Source of the DNA: Obrimoposthia wandeli
Lineage: Eukaryota
Direction of reading: 5' to 3'
Length of the DNA: 64,000 bases
Assembly: GCA_977020255.1 (NCBI GenBank)
Contig: CDROCS010006605.1
Span: 1-64,000 of the forward strand
How positions within the stretch are numbered: the first letter of the stretch is position 1; each line of letters starts with the position of its first letter. The notes below the pieces were generated by a model. That model saw only the letters and a list, made by a program, of their open reading frames with translations. It did no database searches and had not been told where the DNA came from. A program made the translations under genes and the position numbers. This document shows, piece after piece, positions 1 to 10,964 of the stretch.

Positions 1-465
1 GGCGGCAGTATTTATCGTATGCGTATGTACGATGTCGTTACCGGTAATAAAATTGATGAGGCGTTCAAAGACTCTGATATGTTGAACTTTGCTGACTTGG
101 TTCGTCGCCCAGTTACCTTCTCTTATTCTGATGGTGATGAGTTCGTGTTTATGGACAGCGAAGATTACACCTCGTTTAGCTTGAATAAAGAAAGCATTGA
201 AGATGAGTTGTTTTTCATTAGCGAATCAACGGAAGGTTTACAGATCGTTATCGTAAATGATGCGCCAGTGGGCCTTCAGCTTCCTGCGACGGTTGATCTT
301 GAAATTGTTGAAACCGATCCTTCGTTAAAAGGCGGTTCTGCAACAGCGCGAACTAAGCCAGCCCTTCTTTCTACAGGGTTGACGGTACAAGTTCCTGAGC
401 ATATTTCGATGGGCGAGAAGGTTAAAGTGAATGTTGAAGAGCGTAAGTTTATTAGCCGTGCCTAG
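1..465 (+). CDS. efpL: Elongation factor P-like protein (EfpL/YeiP), 5' end outside window
   Basis: Frame is open from base 1 ([10 protein letters not shown]...). EF-P fold motifs [28 protein letters not shown] and [11 protein letters not shown] are of the YeiP type. Confidence 0.85.
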   Translation, partial: GGSIYRMRMYDVVTGNKIDEAFKDSDMLNFADLVRRPVTFSYSDGDEFVFMDSEDYTSFSLNKESIEDELFFISESTEGLQIVIVNDAPVGLQLPATVDLEIVETDPSLKGGSATARTKPALLSTGLTVQVPEHISMGEKVKVNVEERKFISRA

Positions 466-487
466 GTTGATATAACGACTTTAAAGA

Positions 488-520
488 AGGATAGCTCACT
501 TAGTGATCTATCCTTTTTTT
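488..520 (+). terminator. Intrinsic terminator after efpL
   Basis: Hairpin AAGGATAG-CTCACTTAGTGAT-CTATCCTT followed by a T-run. Confidence 0.75.
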
Positions 521-576
521 ATGCACGCTGGTTATGTCAGCTACACTCAATAGACCTACATGCTATAGACCTCGAT

Positions 577-1717
577 ATGGCCTCTTTTGAAGAGCTAAGT
601 GAAACACAAAAAAATAGCTACGAGATTCAAGTTAGTGAAGACCTGATTGCTCGATCAATGCCAGGATCATTGATGATCTTGCTGCTATGGGCAGGTATTG
701 CTTGGCTTATCGATAGCCGTAGTAATGATGCTGCAAACACGCAGTGGGTAATTAATTTCAGTGCGGCTTTTATCGTGGCCATTGTCTTACGCTCATATTG
801 TGTTTATGTCGCTCAAAAAAATATAACCCAGACGCCACTCTGTCGTCTTTATATTACCCTAGGCTTATCTGTTGGCTGTCTTGCATGGGGCGTCATGGCG
901 GCATGCTCCTACCTTGAAACGCCTTTATTTGTTCATCAAGATATTATTCTATTTGCCCCCGCGGGCAAGCGTCTAATTGAATGCGGTCTTTTTCTGCTTC
1001 TCGGTTTTACACCTATATTTATGTTCTATGCATGATGGTGCCGATCTTATTGGTCGAGTTTTTTATCGTGGAACAAATGATTGTAGAGAAGGTGACTATT
1101 GTCAGTATTTATATTTTTGGTTTGCTGTGGGTAACGGCTAGCTCGTCACAGGAATATATGTCGGCCCGTGTCAGTAATCTTCAGCTGGAAAAAATGAGTA
1201 ATACGGATGGCTTAACGGGAGTTCGCAATCGTCGCTATTTTGATTTGCAGTTAAAAAAGAAGAATTGCAACGTACGCAACGTACAGCGGGATCTGTTGCA
1301 TTGTTAATTCTTGATATTGACCACTTTAAAAAAGTGAATGATGCATATGGGCACATTACCGGTGATGACTGTTTAATTGCCGTTGCTCACGGCTTAAAAA
1401 ATTCGGTGCAGCGTATTAGTGATACGGTTGCACGTTACGGTGGTGAAGAATTTGCGATTATTTTAGCCAATGCTAGTGAGGCAGACTGTTTAGTTATTGC
1501 AGAGCGTATTCGCGTCTCTATTGAGGCTATTCAGATGGAGGTAAATAATGAAATCGTGCCTTTAACCATAAGTATTGGCGTAAGTCACTGCAAGGCATCA
1601 GATGCACAATGCAAAGCTGAGAACCTATTGGCCGCCGCAGACTCCGCGCTTTATCAAGCGAAGAAGGAGGGGCGAAATAGGGTTCGTGGCAACATGATGA
1701 CTGCTAATAATACCTAG
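577..1717 (+). CDS. Membrane-anchored diguanylate cyclase (GGDEF), split over three ORFs by two frameshifts
   Basis: ORFs 577-1035 and 981-1307 give the TM helices and the TDGLTGVRNRRYF linker. ORF 1265-1717 gives DIDHFKKVND, the RxxD I-site (RISD) and GGEEF. Breaks lie near 961-980 and at the A6 tract 1253-1258. Confidence 0.85.
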
Positions 1718-1881
1718 TGCTTAATTAGCTTAATTTTCCCGGGACTCACACCATAGTGTTTCTTAAACATTCTGCTGAACGCGGCTTCTGATTGGTATCC
1801 TACTTGGTCAGCGACTTGGGTTATGCGCATGCCGTGCATTAATAAACGGTAAGCCAGTTGCATTCGCCACCACGTGAAAAC
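1714..1881 (-). pseudogene. C-terminal remnant of an AraC-family regulator (not in ORF track)
   Basis: Manual translation gives FTWWRMQLAYRLLMHGMRITQVADQVGYQSEAAFSRMFKKHYGVSPG..., an AraC second-HTH signature. An in-frame stop lies immediately upstream and no N-terminal part was found. Confidence 0.8.
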
Positions 1882-2088
1882 CTATTCGATTTATTGGTGT
1901 ATGGCAGTTTAAATCACAGCTCTCACAAGTCCTAGAGGCTGCTCAACAATGTTTACTCTCAAATAAGATGGATTTTGAAAAAACCGTTCGAGAGTAAGTG
2001 CCTATCGCTAGACCATCGGCTACACTAAAGGTGATCCGAAGTTCTTTTTGTTGCGTATGCTTTATCAATTGTCGCTAGGTTAATTAAC

Positions 2089-3054
2089 ATGAATTCAGAA
2101 GAAATCCAGAAAATAAAAATCGGTATTAGCAGCTGTTTAATGGGCGAAAATGTTCGCTTTGATTCCGGCCATAAAAAGAATGCCTATGTGACAGACATTT
2201 TAAATGACTATTTTGAATTCACGCCTTTCTGCCCCGAGGTCAGCATTGGGTTGGGTATTCCGCGCGAAACGATACGTTTGATTAATCTTGATGATGAAAT
2301 TCGTTGTGTAGGTACTAAGACTGATGATTTGGATGTGACTGAGAAACTGTACCAGTCTGCCGAAGATCAAAAAGGCTGGCATGGCCAGCTTAGTGGTTAT
2401 ATTTTAAAGAAAGACTCCCCTAGCTGCGGTATGGAGCGGGTTAAGCTGTATAACGGTTACGAAAAGAAGGGTATGGCCGAAAAAATAGCGGTTGGCTTGT
2501 ATGCCAAGCGTTTAATGGAAAACTTTCCGCATCTTCCTGTCGAAGAGGAAGGGCGATTATCAGACTCTCGTTTACGTGAAAACTTTATTCAGCGGGTTTA
2601 TATCTATGCGCGCTGGCAGGCGATGGAGCAAGAAGGTTTTACCTTGGCAGGTTTGCAGGCTTTTCACGCTAAACATAAATATATCTTTATGAGTCACAAT
2701 CAAAATTTGGGCAGACTTCTGGGAGCTTCATTAGCGAACAGTAGTGAAGGAGTTGATGCTTTAGCATTAGAATATGTGGCGTCGATGATGAGCTTGCTAA
2801 AATCGAATGCAAGTCGCAAAAATCATGTGAATACGATGCAACACATTCAGGGCTATTTGAAGAATGATTTGGATGCGGGTGATAAAGAAGAGTTATGTGC
2901 AACGATTGAAGATTATCATAAAGGCTTATTGCCATTGATCGTGCCGATTACATTATTTCGCCATCATTTTCGTCGTCATCCAAAAGACTATATCGAGAAC
3001 TCATTTTATTTGCAGCCTCATCCCGGTGAAATGATGTTGCTAAATCATATTTAA
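2089..3054 (+). CDS. DUF523/DUF1722 (YbgA-family) protein
   Basis: IGISSCLMGENVRFD, FCPEV, KKDSPSCG, HAKHKY and FRHHFRRHP motifs. Confidence 0.85.
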   Translation: MNSEEIQKIKIGISSCLMGENVRFDSGHKKNAYVTDILNDYFEFTPFCPEVSIGLGIPRETIRLINLDDEIRCVGTKTDDLDVTEKLYQSAEDQKGWHGQLSGYILKKDSPSCGMERVKLYNGYEKKGMAEKIAVGLYAKRLMENFPHLPVEEEGRLSDSRLRENFIQRVYIYARWQAMEQEGFTLAGLQAFHAKHKYIFMSHNQNLGRLLGASLANSSEGVDALALEYVASMMSLLKSNASRKNHVNTMQHIQGYLKNDLDAGDKEELCATIEDYHKGLLPLIVPITLFRHHFRRHPKDYIENSFYLQPHPGEMMLLNHI

Positions 3055-3109
3055 GTGAGTGATTTAGGCTTCTTTAAGGAGATTAGTCTTTAGGTGAAGA
3101 GCCTTTAAA

Positions 3110-3140
3110 ATGGGGCTGGTCATCAATACTAGCCCCATCA
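3110..3140. terminator. Probable bidirectional terminator between convergent genes
   Basis: ATGGGGCTGGT-CATCAAT-ACTAGCCCCAT stem-loop. Confidence 0.6.
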
Positions 3141-3155
3141 TTTAAAGAAAATTCT

Positions 3156-3401
3156 TCACGCGCCGGTTGTTTCTAGCATACCCAATAAATCATCTTTCAA
3201 ATGCACGCGGCGCATTTTTAATCCTTCAATACGTGCATCTGAAGAGGCTTCTGAGCCTTCTTCAATTTTACGTATTTCCCGATCAATATCGTGATATTCC
3301 TCAAATAAACGAGCAAAATGTCGATCGTTCATTTTCAATTCACGAATTCGGTCATTGTGCTGAGGGAATTCGTTATGCAGGCTATGATTTTCAATGCTCA
3401 T
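3156..3401 (-). CDS. DUF465/YdcH-family small coiled-coil protein
   Basis: HNEFP...DRHFARLFEEYHDIDREI...LKMRRVHLKD pattern. Confidence 0.8.
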   Translation of the reverse strand: MSIENHSLHNEFPQHNDRIRELKMNDRHFARLFEEYHDIDREIRKIEEGSEASSDARIEGLKMRRVHLKDDLLGMLETTGA

Positions 3402-3517
3402 TGAATGTCCTTATTTATCTATTCTTGTGTGGTTTATTTACTGATTTAAGAATAGGCTTTTGCTGACATTTTAAATTGATTTAGCTCAAGAGTTAGTGAC
3501 GATTTATTACGTGATTG

Positions 3518-3955
3518 CTAGCTTGGCATTTTACTGAGGGTTTGCTCAATCCATTGCTGCAGTTGATTGGCAGGTAAGGCCCCAGCGATACGATCGACTT
3601 CTTTTCCGTTGCGAAAAACGGCGAGGGTTGGGATGCTGCGGATATTTAATTGTGAACCCAGCTGTTGAGCATTTTCGGTATTCACTTTAGCGAATAAGGC
3701 TTGGTCTTTCATTTGAGATGCGACTTGCTCATACGCAGGAGCCATCGCTTTACAAGGTCCGCACCAGCTTGCCCAAAAATCAACCACCACAGGCATATCA
3801 TTCTTACTGGTATATTTGGCAAACTGGTTTTCGGTTAAATCGACCGGCTTACCTTGCCAGATCGTTTGCTTACATTTTCCACATTGCCCTTCGCTGGCTT
3901 TACGCCCTTCAGGAATGCGGTTTGTGGAGTGGCAATGAGAGCAAACGATTAGCAT
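3518..3955 (-). CDS. trxC: Thioredoxin 2
   Basis: N-terminal CxxC...CxxC zinc finger plus WCGPC active site. Confidence 0.9.
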   Translation of the reverse strand: MLIVCSHCHSTNRIPEGRKASEGQCGKCKQTIWQGKPVDLTENQFAKYTSKNDMPVVVDFWASWCGPCKAMAPAYEQVASQMKDQALFAKVNTENAQQLGSQLNIRSIPTLAVFRNGKEVDRIAGALPANQLQQWIEQTLSKMPS

Positions 3956-3994
3956 AATAAAACTCGATTTATTTTTTCAATTCAATAGTGAACG

Positions 3995-5797
3995 TTATAA
4001 GGTCGCTTTAACTTTATTCAAGTGATTCACAAACTGTTCTTTATGCATTTCCCCTAGAATTCGTAATGTATCTACCTCGCCATTCTTTGTAAAAAACAAC
4101 ATGCTGGGTGGCCCGAATAAGTTGAAATCTGTCATCAATTGAACTTGCTCTGCCGTTTGCTCGGTAACGTCGATTTGCAGCCATAATAGTTCTGGCCAGT
4201 GAGCTTGTACGTCTGCTTCGTGAAAGACGGCTTTTTCCATCACCTTGCAGGCGATACACCAGTCGGCGTAATAATCGAGCATCACGGCGCCATTTGGATT
4301 GGCGGCGAGGTGATTTTTAATCGCGGCGTCTAGCTGAGTTTTATTTTCAATATTTTTAAACGGGCTAGCATTGTTATGATTTGTTGGGTTGTTAGTACCG
4401 CTGGCAGCATAGCTAGAGGCTAGGGGTTTTAGTGGATCGTCGTTACCTTGCAAGGCACCCATTAAGGCGAGTACACCATAAACCAGTATTACAAAACCAA
4501 TGCCTTTTACGGTGCGTTTAACGCCCGTGTGTGCAGGTTCGATCGGTTCAATAGCACCGAGGTAGATCGCATAAACGATCGCCAGTACGCCCCACATTGC
4601 GAGAATAAGAGTTGCGTCTAGGAAGCGTGATAATAACCAAATTGCTACACCGATTAATAAAATACCGAAGAAAGCTTTGATCTGATCCATCCAGCCGCCC
4701 GCTTTAGGCATAATAGAGGCGCCTGAAGTGCCGAGGATAATGAGGGGGGTTCCCATACCTAAGCCAAGGGCTAATAATGCGCTGCCGCCTAGCCAAGCAT
4801 CCCCTGTTGTACTCAAATAAACCAAAGCTCCCGCAAGCGGTGCTGATACGCAAGGTGAAACCACGAGAGCTGAAAGAACACCCATCAAAAAGACGCTGAT
4901 TAAGTTGCCGCCTTTTTGCTTTTGATTCATGTTGTTTAAACGATTACGCAAGCCGCTGGGTAGTTGCAGTTCGTATAGGCCAAACATTGAAAGTGAAAGT
5001 ACTAAAAATAAAATAGCAAAAATTGTGAGGATCCAAGGCGTTTGCATCCACGCTTGAATGTTGGCTCCTGCACCTAATAAACCAACGGTAATACCGGCCA
5101 CTGCATAAGTAATCGCCATGCCCATCACGTAGGTGGTGGATAAGACGAAACCTTTGGCGGGGGTATGCTTGTGCTGGCCGATAACGATGCTGGTTAAAAT
5201 CGGCACCATGGGTAATACGCACGGAGTAAAAGTGAGGCCTAAGCCTAGAATGAAGAATAAACCCACTACGCTGAACCAAGATTTGCCTTCGATCCAGCTG
5301 TCATTGTCAGTAGAAGGTTTTGCTGTGCTTTTATTTTCTGCAGAGGCTTTAACCAATGTCCAGTCGATATCGAGTTCGATTTTCTGCGGTGGATAGCAAA
5401 GCCCTGCGTCGGCGCAGCCTTGAAAGCGTAATTGCAACGGCTGTGTGGGATCTAATTTTGTTAGGTCAAATAGCGCTTCGGTTTGGCCATAAAAAACAGT
5501 TACTTCACCAAAGGCTTCATCGTGCTTAAGTATGCCTTTTTGGCTAAAGCGGTTGGCGAGGTGTTTGGTCTTGGCTTGTTTAAGTAGGATTTTTTTACGG
5601 TAAAGGTAATACTCATCAGCGCTATCCCACATAACGCTTAACTCGTTGCCTTTCTGGTCAATTTGATAAGGAAAGGCTTCGCTGACGGGTAAGAACTTAG
5701 GTTCGCCTTCGGTGAGGCTATCGAGAATGCCTGCCTGAGCTGAGCTGATGCTCAGCAGCAGAAAAATAAAGCAAACAGAAATGCGCGATCAAACCAT
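3995..5797 (-). CDS. dsbD: Thiol:disulfide interchange protein DsbD; the true start is probably 5797, with an in-frame TGA at codon 3
   Basis: GCADAGLCYPP, LTFTPCVLPM, SPCVSAP and WCIAC motifs. The frame continues upstream of the track start (5632) through a signal peptide to ATG 5797 with an AGGAG RBS. TGA at 5789-5791. Confidence 0.85.
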
Positions 5798-5880
5798 GTT
5801 AAGGCTCCTGTTTAGTTTAGGCTCAGTAAAAGAGTTAACGAGAGAGAATCCAAGAAGCCATGTTAAGGCTCCTATTTAGT
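5794..5880. repeat. 23-bp direct repeat (two copies, 64-bp period) containing RBS+ATG on the minus strand
   Basis: CCATGTTAAGGCTCCTGTTTAGT (5794-5816) and CCATGTTAAGGCTCCTATTTAGT (5858-5880), 22/23 identical. Confidence 0.9.
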
Positions 5881-5941
5881 ACAACTGTTTATCACAGTTT
5901 GATCTTCAGGGCCTTAGCAATAAATGAATGGCTGCAGAGGC

Positions 5942-6910
5942 TTAAGTATTTCGTTCAATGGCGATACGGGCCAAACTATGAAGCGCTTGTTTGGCATCAG
6001 TATCGGCTAAATGGTTCAAACATTGTTGCGCTAGCTCAACATGTTTACGTGCAATCTGCTTGGTATACTCTAATGAACCGCAGGTTTTAACGATTTCCAT
6101 AATGGCATCGATGTCATCTAAACCGCCTTTACGGATAGCTTTGCGAATCAATTTCGCTTGTTCATCAGTGCCTTCACGCATGGCATGAATCAATGGCAAG
6201 GTGGCTTTACCTTCGGCTAGATCGTCACCGACGTTTTTGCCCATGGTTTCGGCATCGCCTTCATAATCAAGTACGTCATCGACCAGCTGGAATGCCATGC
6301 CTAGGTGATGGCCATATTCTTTTAATGCTTGCTCTTGCTCGGCATTGGCTTCGCATAAAACCGCCGCTGAGTGCGTCGACGCTTCGAATAACATCGCGGT
6401 TTTACCCTTGATGACATCCATATATTGTTCTTCGCTGGTATCTGGATTCTTACAGTTAACCAGCTGCAGTACTTCGCCTTCAGCGATTACACACGTCGAA
6501 TTGGATAAGATATCCATGACTTGTAGGTTCTTCAGCTCAACCATCATTTGGAAGGAGCGAGAATATAAGAAGTCACCGACTAGAACACTGGGCGCATTGC
6601 CCCATTTTTCATTCGCGGTCGGGTTGCCACGGCGCATGTCTGAAGTATCAACCACATCATCGTGTAATAGTGTCGCGGTGTGAAGGAACTCGATCACAGC
6701 GGCGAGTTTATTGGCTTGAGAGCCTGATTTTTCAAGTGCCTTAGCGGTCATGATTACAAGTAGAGGGCGTAAACGTTTGCCTCCACTGGAGACGATGTAG
6801 TCGGCAATTTTTTCTACCAGAGGAACACGAGAAGAGAGTTGTTCGCGGATCAGTGTATCGACGTCAGCAAAATCCTGCTCGATAAGCGCGTAAATGTCTT
6901 TAACCTGCAT
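5942..6910 (-). CDS. ispB: Octaprenyl diphosphate synthase
   Basis: GGKRLRP, LLHDDVVD and FQLVDD motifs; divergent from rplU as in the usual synteny. Confidence 0.93.
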   Translation of the reverse strand: MQVKDIYALIEQDFADVDTLIREQLSSRVPLVEKIADYIVSSGGKRLRPLLVIMTAKALEKSGSQANKLAAVIEFLHTATLLHDDVVDTSDMRRGNPTANEKWGNAPSVLVGDFLYSRSFQMMVELKNLQVMDILSNSTCVIAEGEVLQLVNCKNPDTSEEQYMDVIKGKTAMLFEASTHSAAVLCEANAEQEQALKEYGHHLGMAFQLVDDVLDYEGDAETMGKNVGDDLAEGKATLPLIHAMREGTDEQAKLIRKAIRKGGLDDIDAIMEIVKTCGSLEYTKQIARKHVELAQQCLNHLADTDAKQALHSLARIAIERNT

Positions 6911-6952
6911 GGTGAAAATAGGGCCTTTAGGCTAGAGGGAATATAAATGAAC

Positions 6953-6981
6953 ATGCTATTGCCAAGGGCGTAAACTGTCAA
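6953..6981 (-). promoter_or_regulatory. Sigma70 promoter of ispB
   Basis: TTGACA-17 nt-TAGCAT on the minus strand. Confidence 0.65.
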
Positions 6982-7002
6982 GCATGGAGGTGAATCGGAT
7001 GC

Positions 7003-7031
7003 TTGCACTGACTTTGAGCTTGAGTTACAAT
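7003..7031 (+). promoter_or_regulatory. Sigma70 promoter of rplU-rpmA
   Basis: TTGCAC-17 nt-TACAAT. Confidence 0.65.
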
Positions 7032-7174
7032 CACGCGCCCCGAAATTCCGTTCTCTATAATATTGGAAATCAGAGTATTTCCCGTAGACCTAGAACAAAA
7101 GCAACGGCATGTTGAGTAAGATCACTTGCGAGATTCGGTATTTAGATTCTTAAATCCACAACGGAGACATTGCT

Positions 7175-7486
7175 ATGTACGCAGTTGTTGTTACAGGCGG
7201 TAAACAGTACCGTGTTGAAGAAGGTCAAACTCTTAAAGTTGAAAAACTTGAAGTAGCTACTGGCGGCGCCGTAGAGATCGAACGAATTTTGCTAATTGGC
7301 AATGGCGACGATGTTAAAATCGGTCAGCCTCTTGTTGAAGGCGCTAAAGTAACAGCTGAAGTTGTTGCTCATGGCCGTCATAAGAAAGTTAAGATCATAA
7401 AGTTCAAGCGTCGTAAGCACCACATGAAGCAAATGGGCCACCGTCAGTGGTTCACTGAAATCAAAATTACCAGCATCGCTGTTTAA
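7175..7486 (+). CDS. rplU: 50S ribosomal protein L21
   Basis: [14 protein letters not shown]...GHRQWFT. Confidence 0.98.
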   Translation: MYAVVVTGGKQYRVEEGQTLKVEKLEVATGGAVEIERILLIGNGDDVKIGQPLVEGAKVTAEVVAHGRHKKVKIIKFKRRKHHMKQMGHRQWFTEIKITSIAV

Positions 7487-7568
7487 TTCTGACTTTATAA
7501 CTAATTTATTAATTACGGCGAACTTGGCGGCAGTGATGCACCAAGGGAACCAAATTGGAGGCTAGAGC

Positions 7569-7829
7569 ATGGCTCACAAAAAAGCTGGTGGTAGTACTAA
7601 TAACGGTCGCGATAGCGAAGCTAAACGCTTAGGCGTCAAAATGTTCGGCGGCCAACAGGCAATCGCAGGTAACATCTTGATTCGTCAGCGTGGCACTAAG
7701 TTCCACCCTGGAACTAACGTTCGTATGGGTCGTGACCACACTTTGTTCGCTACTGAAGCGGGCGAAGTTAAGTTTGAAGTTAAAGGACCACGTAACCGTA
7801 AGACTATTAGCATTATTGTTGCTAGCTAA
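7569..7829 (+). CDS. rpmA: 50S ribosomal protein L27
   Basis: [16 protein letters not shown]. Confidence 0.98.
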   Translation: MAHKKAGGSTNNGRDSEAKRLGVKMFGGQQAIAGNILIRQRGTKFHPGTNVRMGRDHTLFATEAGEVKFEVKGPRNRKTISIIVAS

Positions 7830-7852
7830 GTTTTATAGTTAAGTGTGTTATC

Positions 7853-7886
7853 AAAGACGCCCTGGCCTTGCTGGGGCGTTTTTGTT
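7853..7886 (+). terminator. Intrinsic terminator after rpmA
   Basis: AAAGACGCCC...GGGGCGTTTTTGTTT. Confidence 0.7.
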
Positions 7887-7972
7887 TGAGTAAAACAGCA
7901 ATTTGATGCTGAAAAGAATTTAGCGCCTATTAAAGGTGCGAGAAGTTAAGACTGTTTGTGTATCGATATTGA

Positions 7973-9217
<1,245 letters not shown>

Positions 9218-9275
9218 TCGCTTACAAGAGCGATTCATGAACCGCGCCTATAAAAAATAAGTGAGCATGAGAGCA

Positions 9276-10418
9276 ATGAAACCAGTTGTTGATTTAAATA
9301 CCGCCAGAGACCGCCTTGTTAGTGGTCAACGTTGGGTTATTAAAATTGGTAGCGCTCTGCTTACGAATGACGGCAAAGGCCTTAATCGCCCAGGCATCCA
9401 GGCTTGGGTTGATCAAATAGCCGATTTGATGTCGCAAGGCATTGAAGTCGTTTTGGTTTCTTCTGGCTCTGTTGCCGAGGGAATGACGCGTTTAGGTTGG
9501 ACTTCACGCCCTAGTGAAGTTCATCAGTTACAAGCCGCTGCGGCGGTAGGTCAAATGGGTTTAGTACAAGCTTACGAAACCGCTTTCCAGCAGCATAATA
9601 AACATACTGCGCAAATCTTATTAACTCACGCTGATTTATCCAATCGCCAACGCTATCTTAATGCGCGCTCGACTTTGCGCACGTTAATTGAAATGGGTGT
9701 TGTGCCGATCGTGAATGAAAACGATACCGTCGTCACCGACGAAATTCGTTTTGGTGATAACGATACGTTAGGTGCTTTGGTTGCTAATTTAGTGGAAGCC
9801 GATACGCTGGTTATTCTGACCGATCAAGATGGTTTATTCACTAAAGATCCACGCCATAATGATGATGCTGAATTAATTACCGAAGGCCGAGCTTCTGATG
9901 CATCGTTTGCTGCTATGGCAGGTGATGGTGGTGCGTTAGGTCGTGGTGGTATGATTACTAAGGTAAAGGCAGCGGGTGTTGCTGCGCGTTCTGGTGCGGA
10001 TACTGTTATTGTCGGCGGTCGCATTGAGAATGTATTGATACGTTTACGTGCGAAAGAAAAAATTGGTACGCTTTTGGTGGCTGATACTGAGCCAGAAGTT
10101 GCGCGCAAGCAGTGGATTGCTGGACATTTACAGCATTCTGGTGAGCTTATTCTTGATGACGGTGCGGTGAAAGCATTGAAGAAGGGCGGTAATAGTTTAT
10201 TGCCCGTGGGCGTTAAAGCGGTGAAAGGTATTTTCCGCCGCGGTGAAGTGGTTGCTTGTTTAGATGGTAAGAGCCGAATTATTGCTAAAGGGTTGATTAA
10301 CTTCGACCATAGCGAAGCGCAAAAGTTGTGCGGCAAGACCAGCGCTCAGCAGCAAGAGCTGTTAGGGTATGTTGGCGAAGCTGAGTTAATACATATTGAT
10401 AATTTAGTGGTGCTTTAG
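9276..10418 (+). CDS. proB: Glutamate 5-kinase (track start 9261; ATG 9276 more likely)
   Basis: [15 protein letters not shown] and NENDTV...FGDND motifs plus a PUA domain; follows obgE. Confidence 0.96.
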   Translation: MKPVVDLNTARDRLVSGQRWVIKIGSALLTNDGKGLNRPGIQAWVDQIADLMSQGIEVVLVSSGSVAEGMTRLGWTSRPSEVHQLQAAAAVGQMGLVQAYETAFQQHNKHTAQILLTHADLSNRQRYLNARSTLRTLIEMGVVPIVNENDTVVTDEIRFGDNDTLGALVANLVEADTLVILTDQDGLFTKDPRHNDDAELITEGRASDASFAAMAGDGGALGRGGMITKVKAAGVAARSGADTVIVGGRIENVLIRLRAKEKIGTLLVADTEPEVARKQWIAGHLQHSGELILDDGAVKALKKGGNSLLPVGVKAVKGIFRRGEVVACLDGKSRIIAKGLINFDHSEAQKLCGKTSAQQQELLGYVGEAELIHIDNLVVL

Positions 10419-10447
10419 GGTTAATGAGCAATTGTGGGTTTTAAAAC

Positions 10448-10953
10448 CGCCGTTGTGTTACATATTGGCATGCGCTGCATTAGGTAATTCATTTCAGGGG
10501 ACGCCGTGAATACGTCACTTCGTTCTCCCTGTAGGCTCGTATCTGGCATCCATGCCAGATGACGCCGCCTGAAATGAATCACCTAATACATCACCATAGA
10601 AATTTTCTCAGATTTTAAAATGAATAATTATTTAAAATTTGACGGCTACAGGTGATGTACAAGCTTACTTCAATTCAGTCTTGAGAATGGATTTTTTTAA
10701 ATAGCTACGCATTCAAAATTTGGTCGTAGTGAGCGGTGAGCGCTAGAAGTTAATTTTTAAGGCCATCCGATTCCAGGGAGCGTAGCGCCGTGAATACTTG
10801 GAGCGGCTGGGAATCGTTGAGCTTACAGGGACAAAATGGCAGGACAGCCATTTTGCACAGCCGCAGGCTGCCCGAAGGGCGAAGTACAGGATGTACTGAG
10901 TGAGTGCGAACAGCGTGCCGCCTAAAATTCAACTTCTAGTGCGAGCAAAAGCG
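10448..10953. repeat. Composite palindromic element, copy 1 (long hairpin A 10479-10587, AT-rich spacer, long hairpin B 10740-10942)
   Basis: Two long inverted repeats enclose short hairpins. A 73-nt core at 10831-10903 nearly matches 32025-32098. The flanks align with the reverse complement of 31685-32165. Confidence 0.8.
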
Positions 10954-10964
10954 CACGGTGTAAA

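Noticed and set aside
5789-5791. Selenocysteine or programmed read-through of the dsbD TGA
   Set aside because: The codon lies in the signal-peptide N-region, not at a Cys position, and no SECIS-like hairpin is evident; a base error is simpler.
9824-10336. 170-aa antisense ORF (likewise 13676-14245, 31022-31366, 39140-39538 and other short overlaps)
   Set aside because: Shadow frames of well-supported genes on the opposite strand or in another frame.
10750-10932. 60-aa ORF on the minus strand (also 31718-31915)
   Set aside because: Lies entirely within the palindromic repeat element and has no protein-like features.
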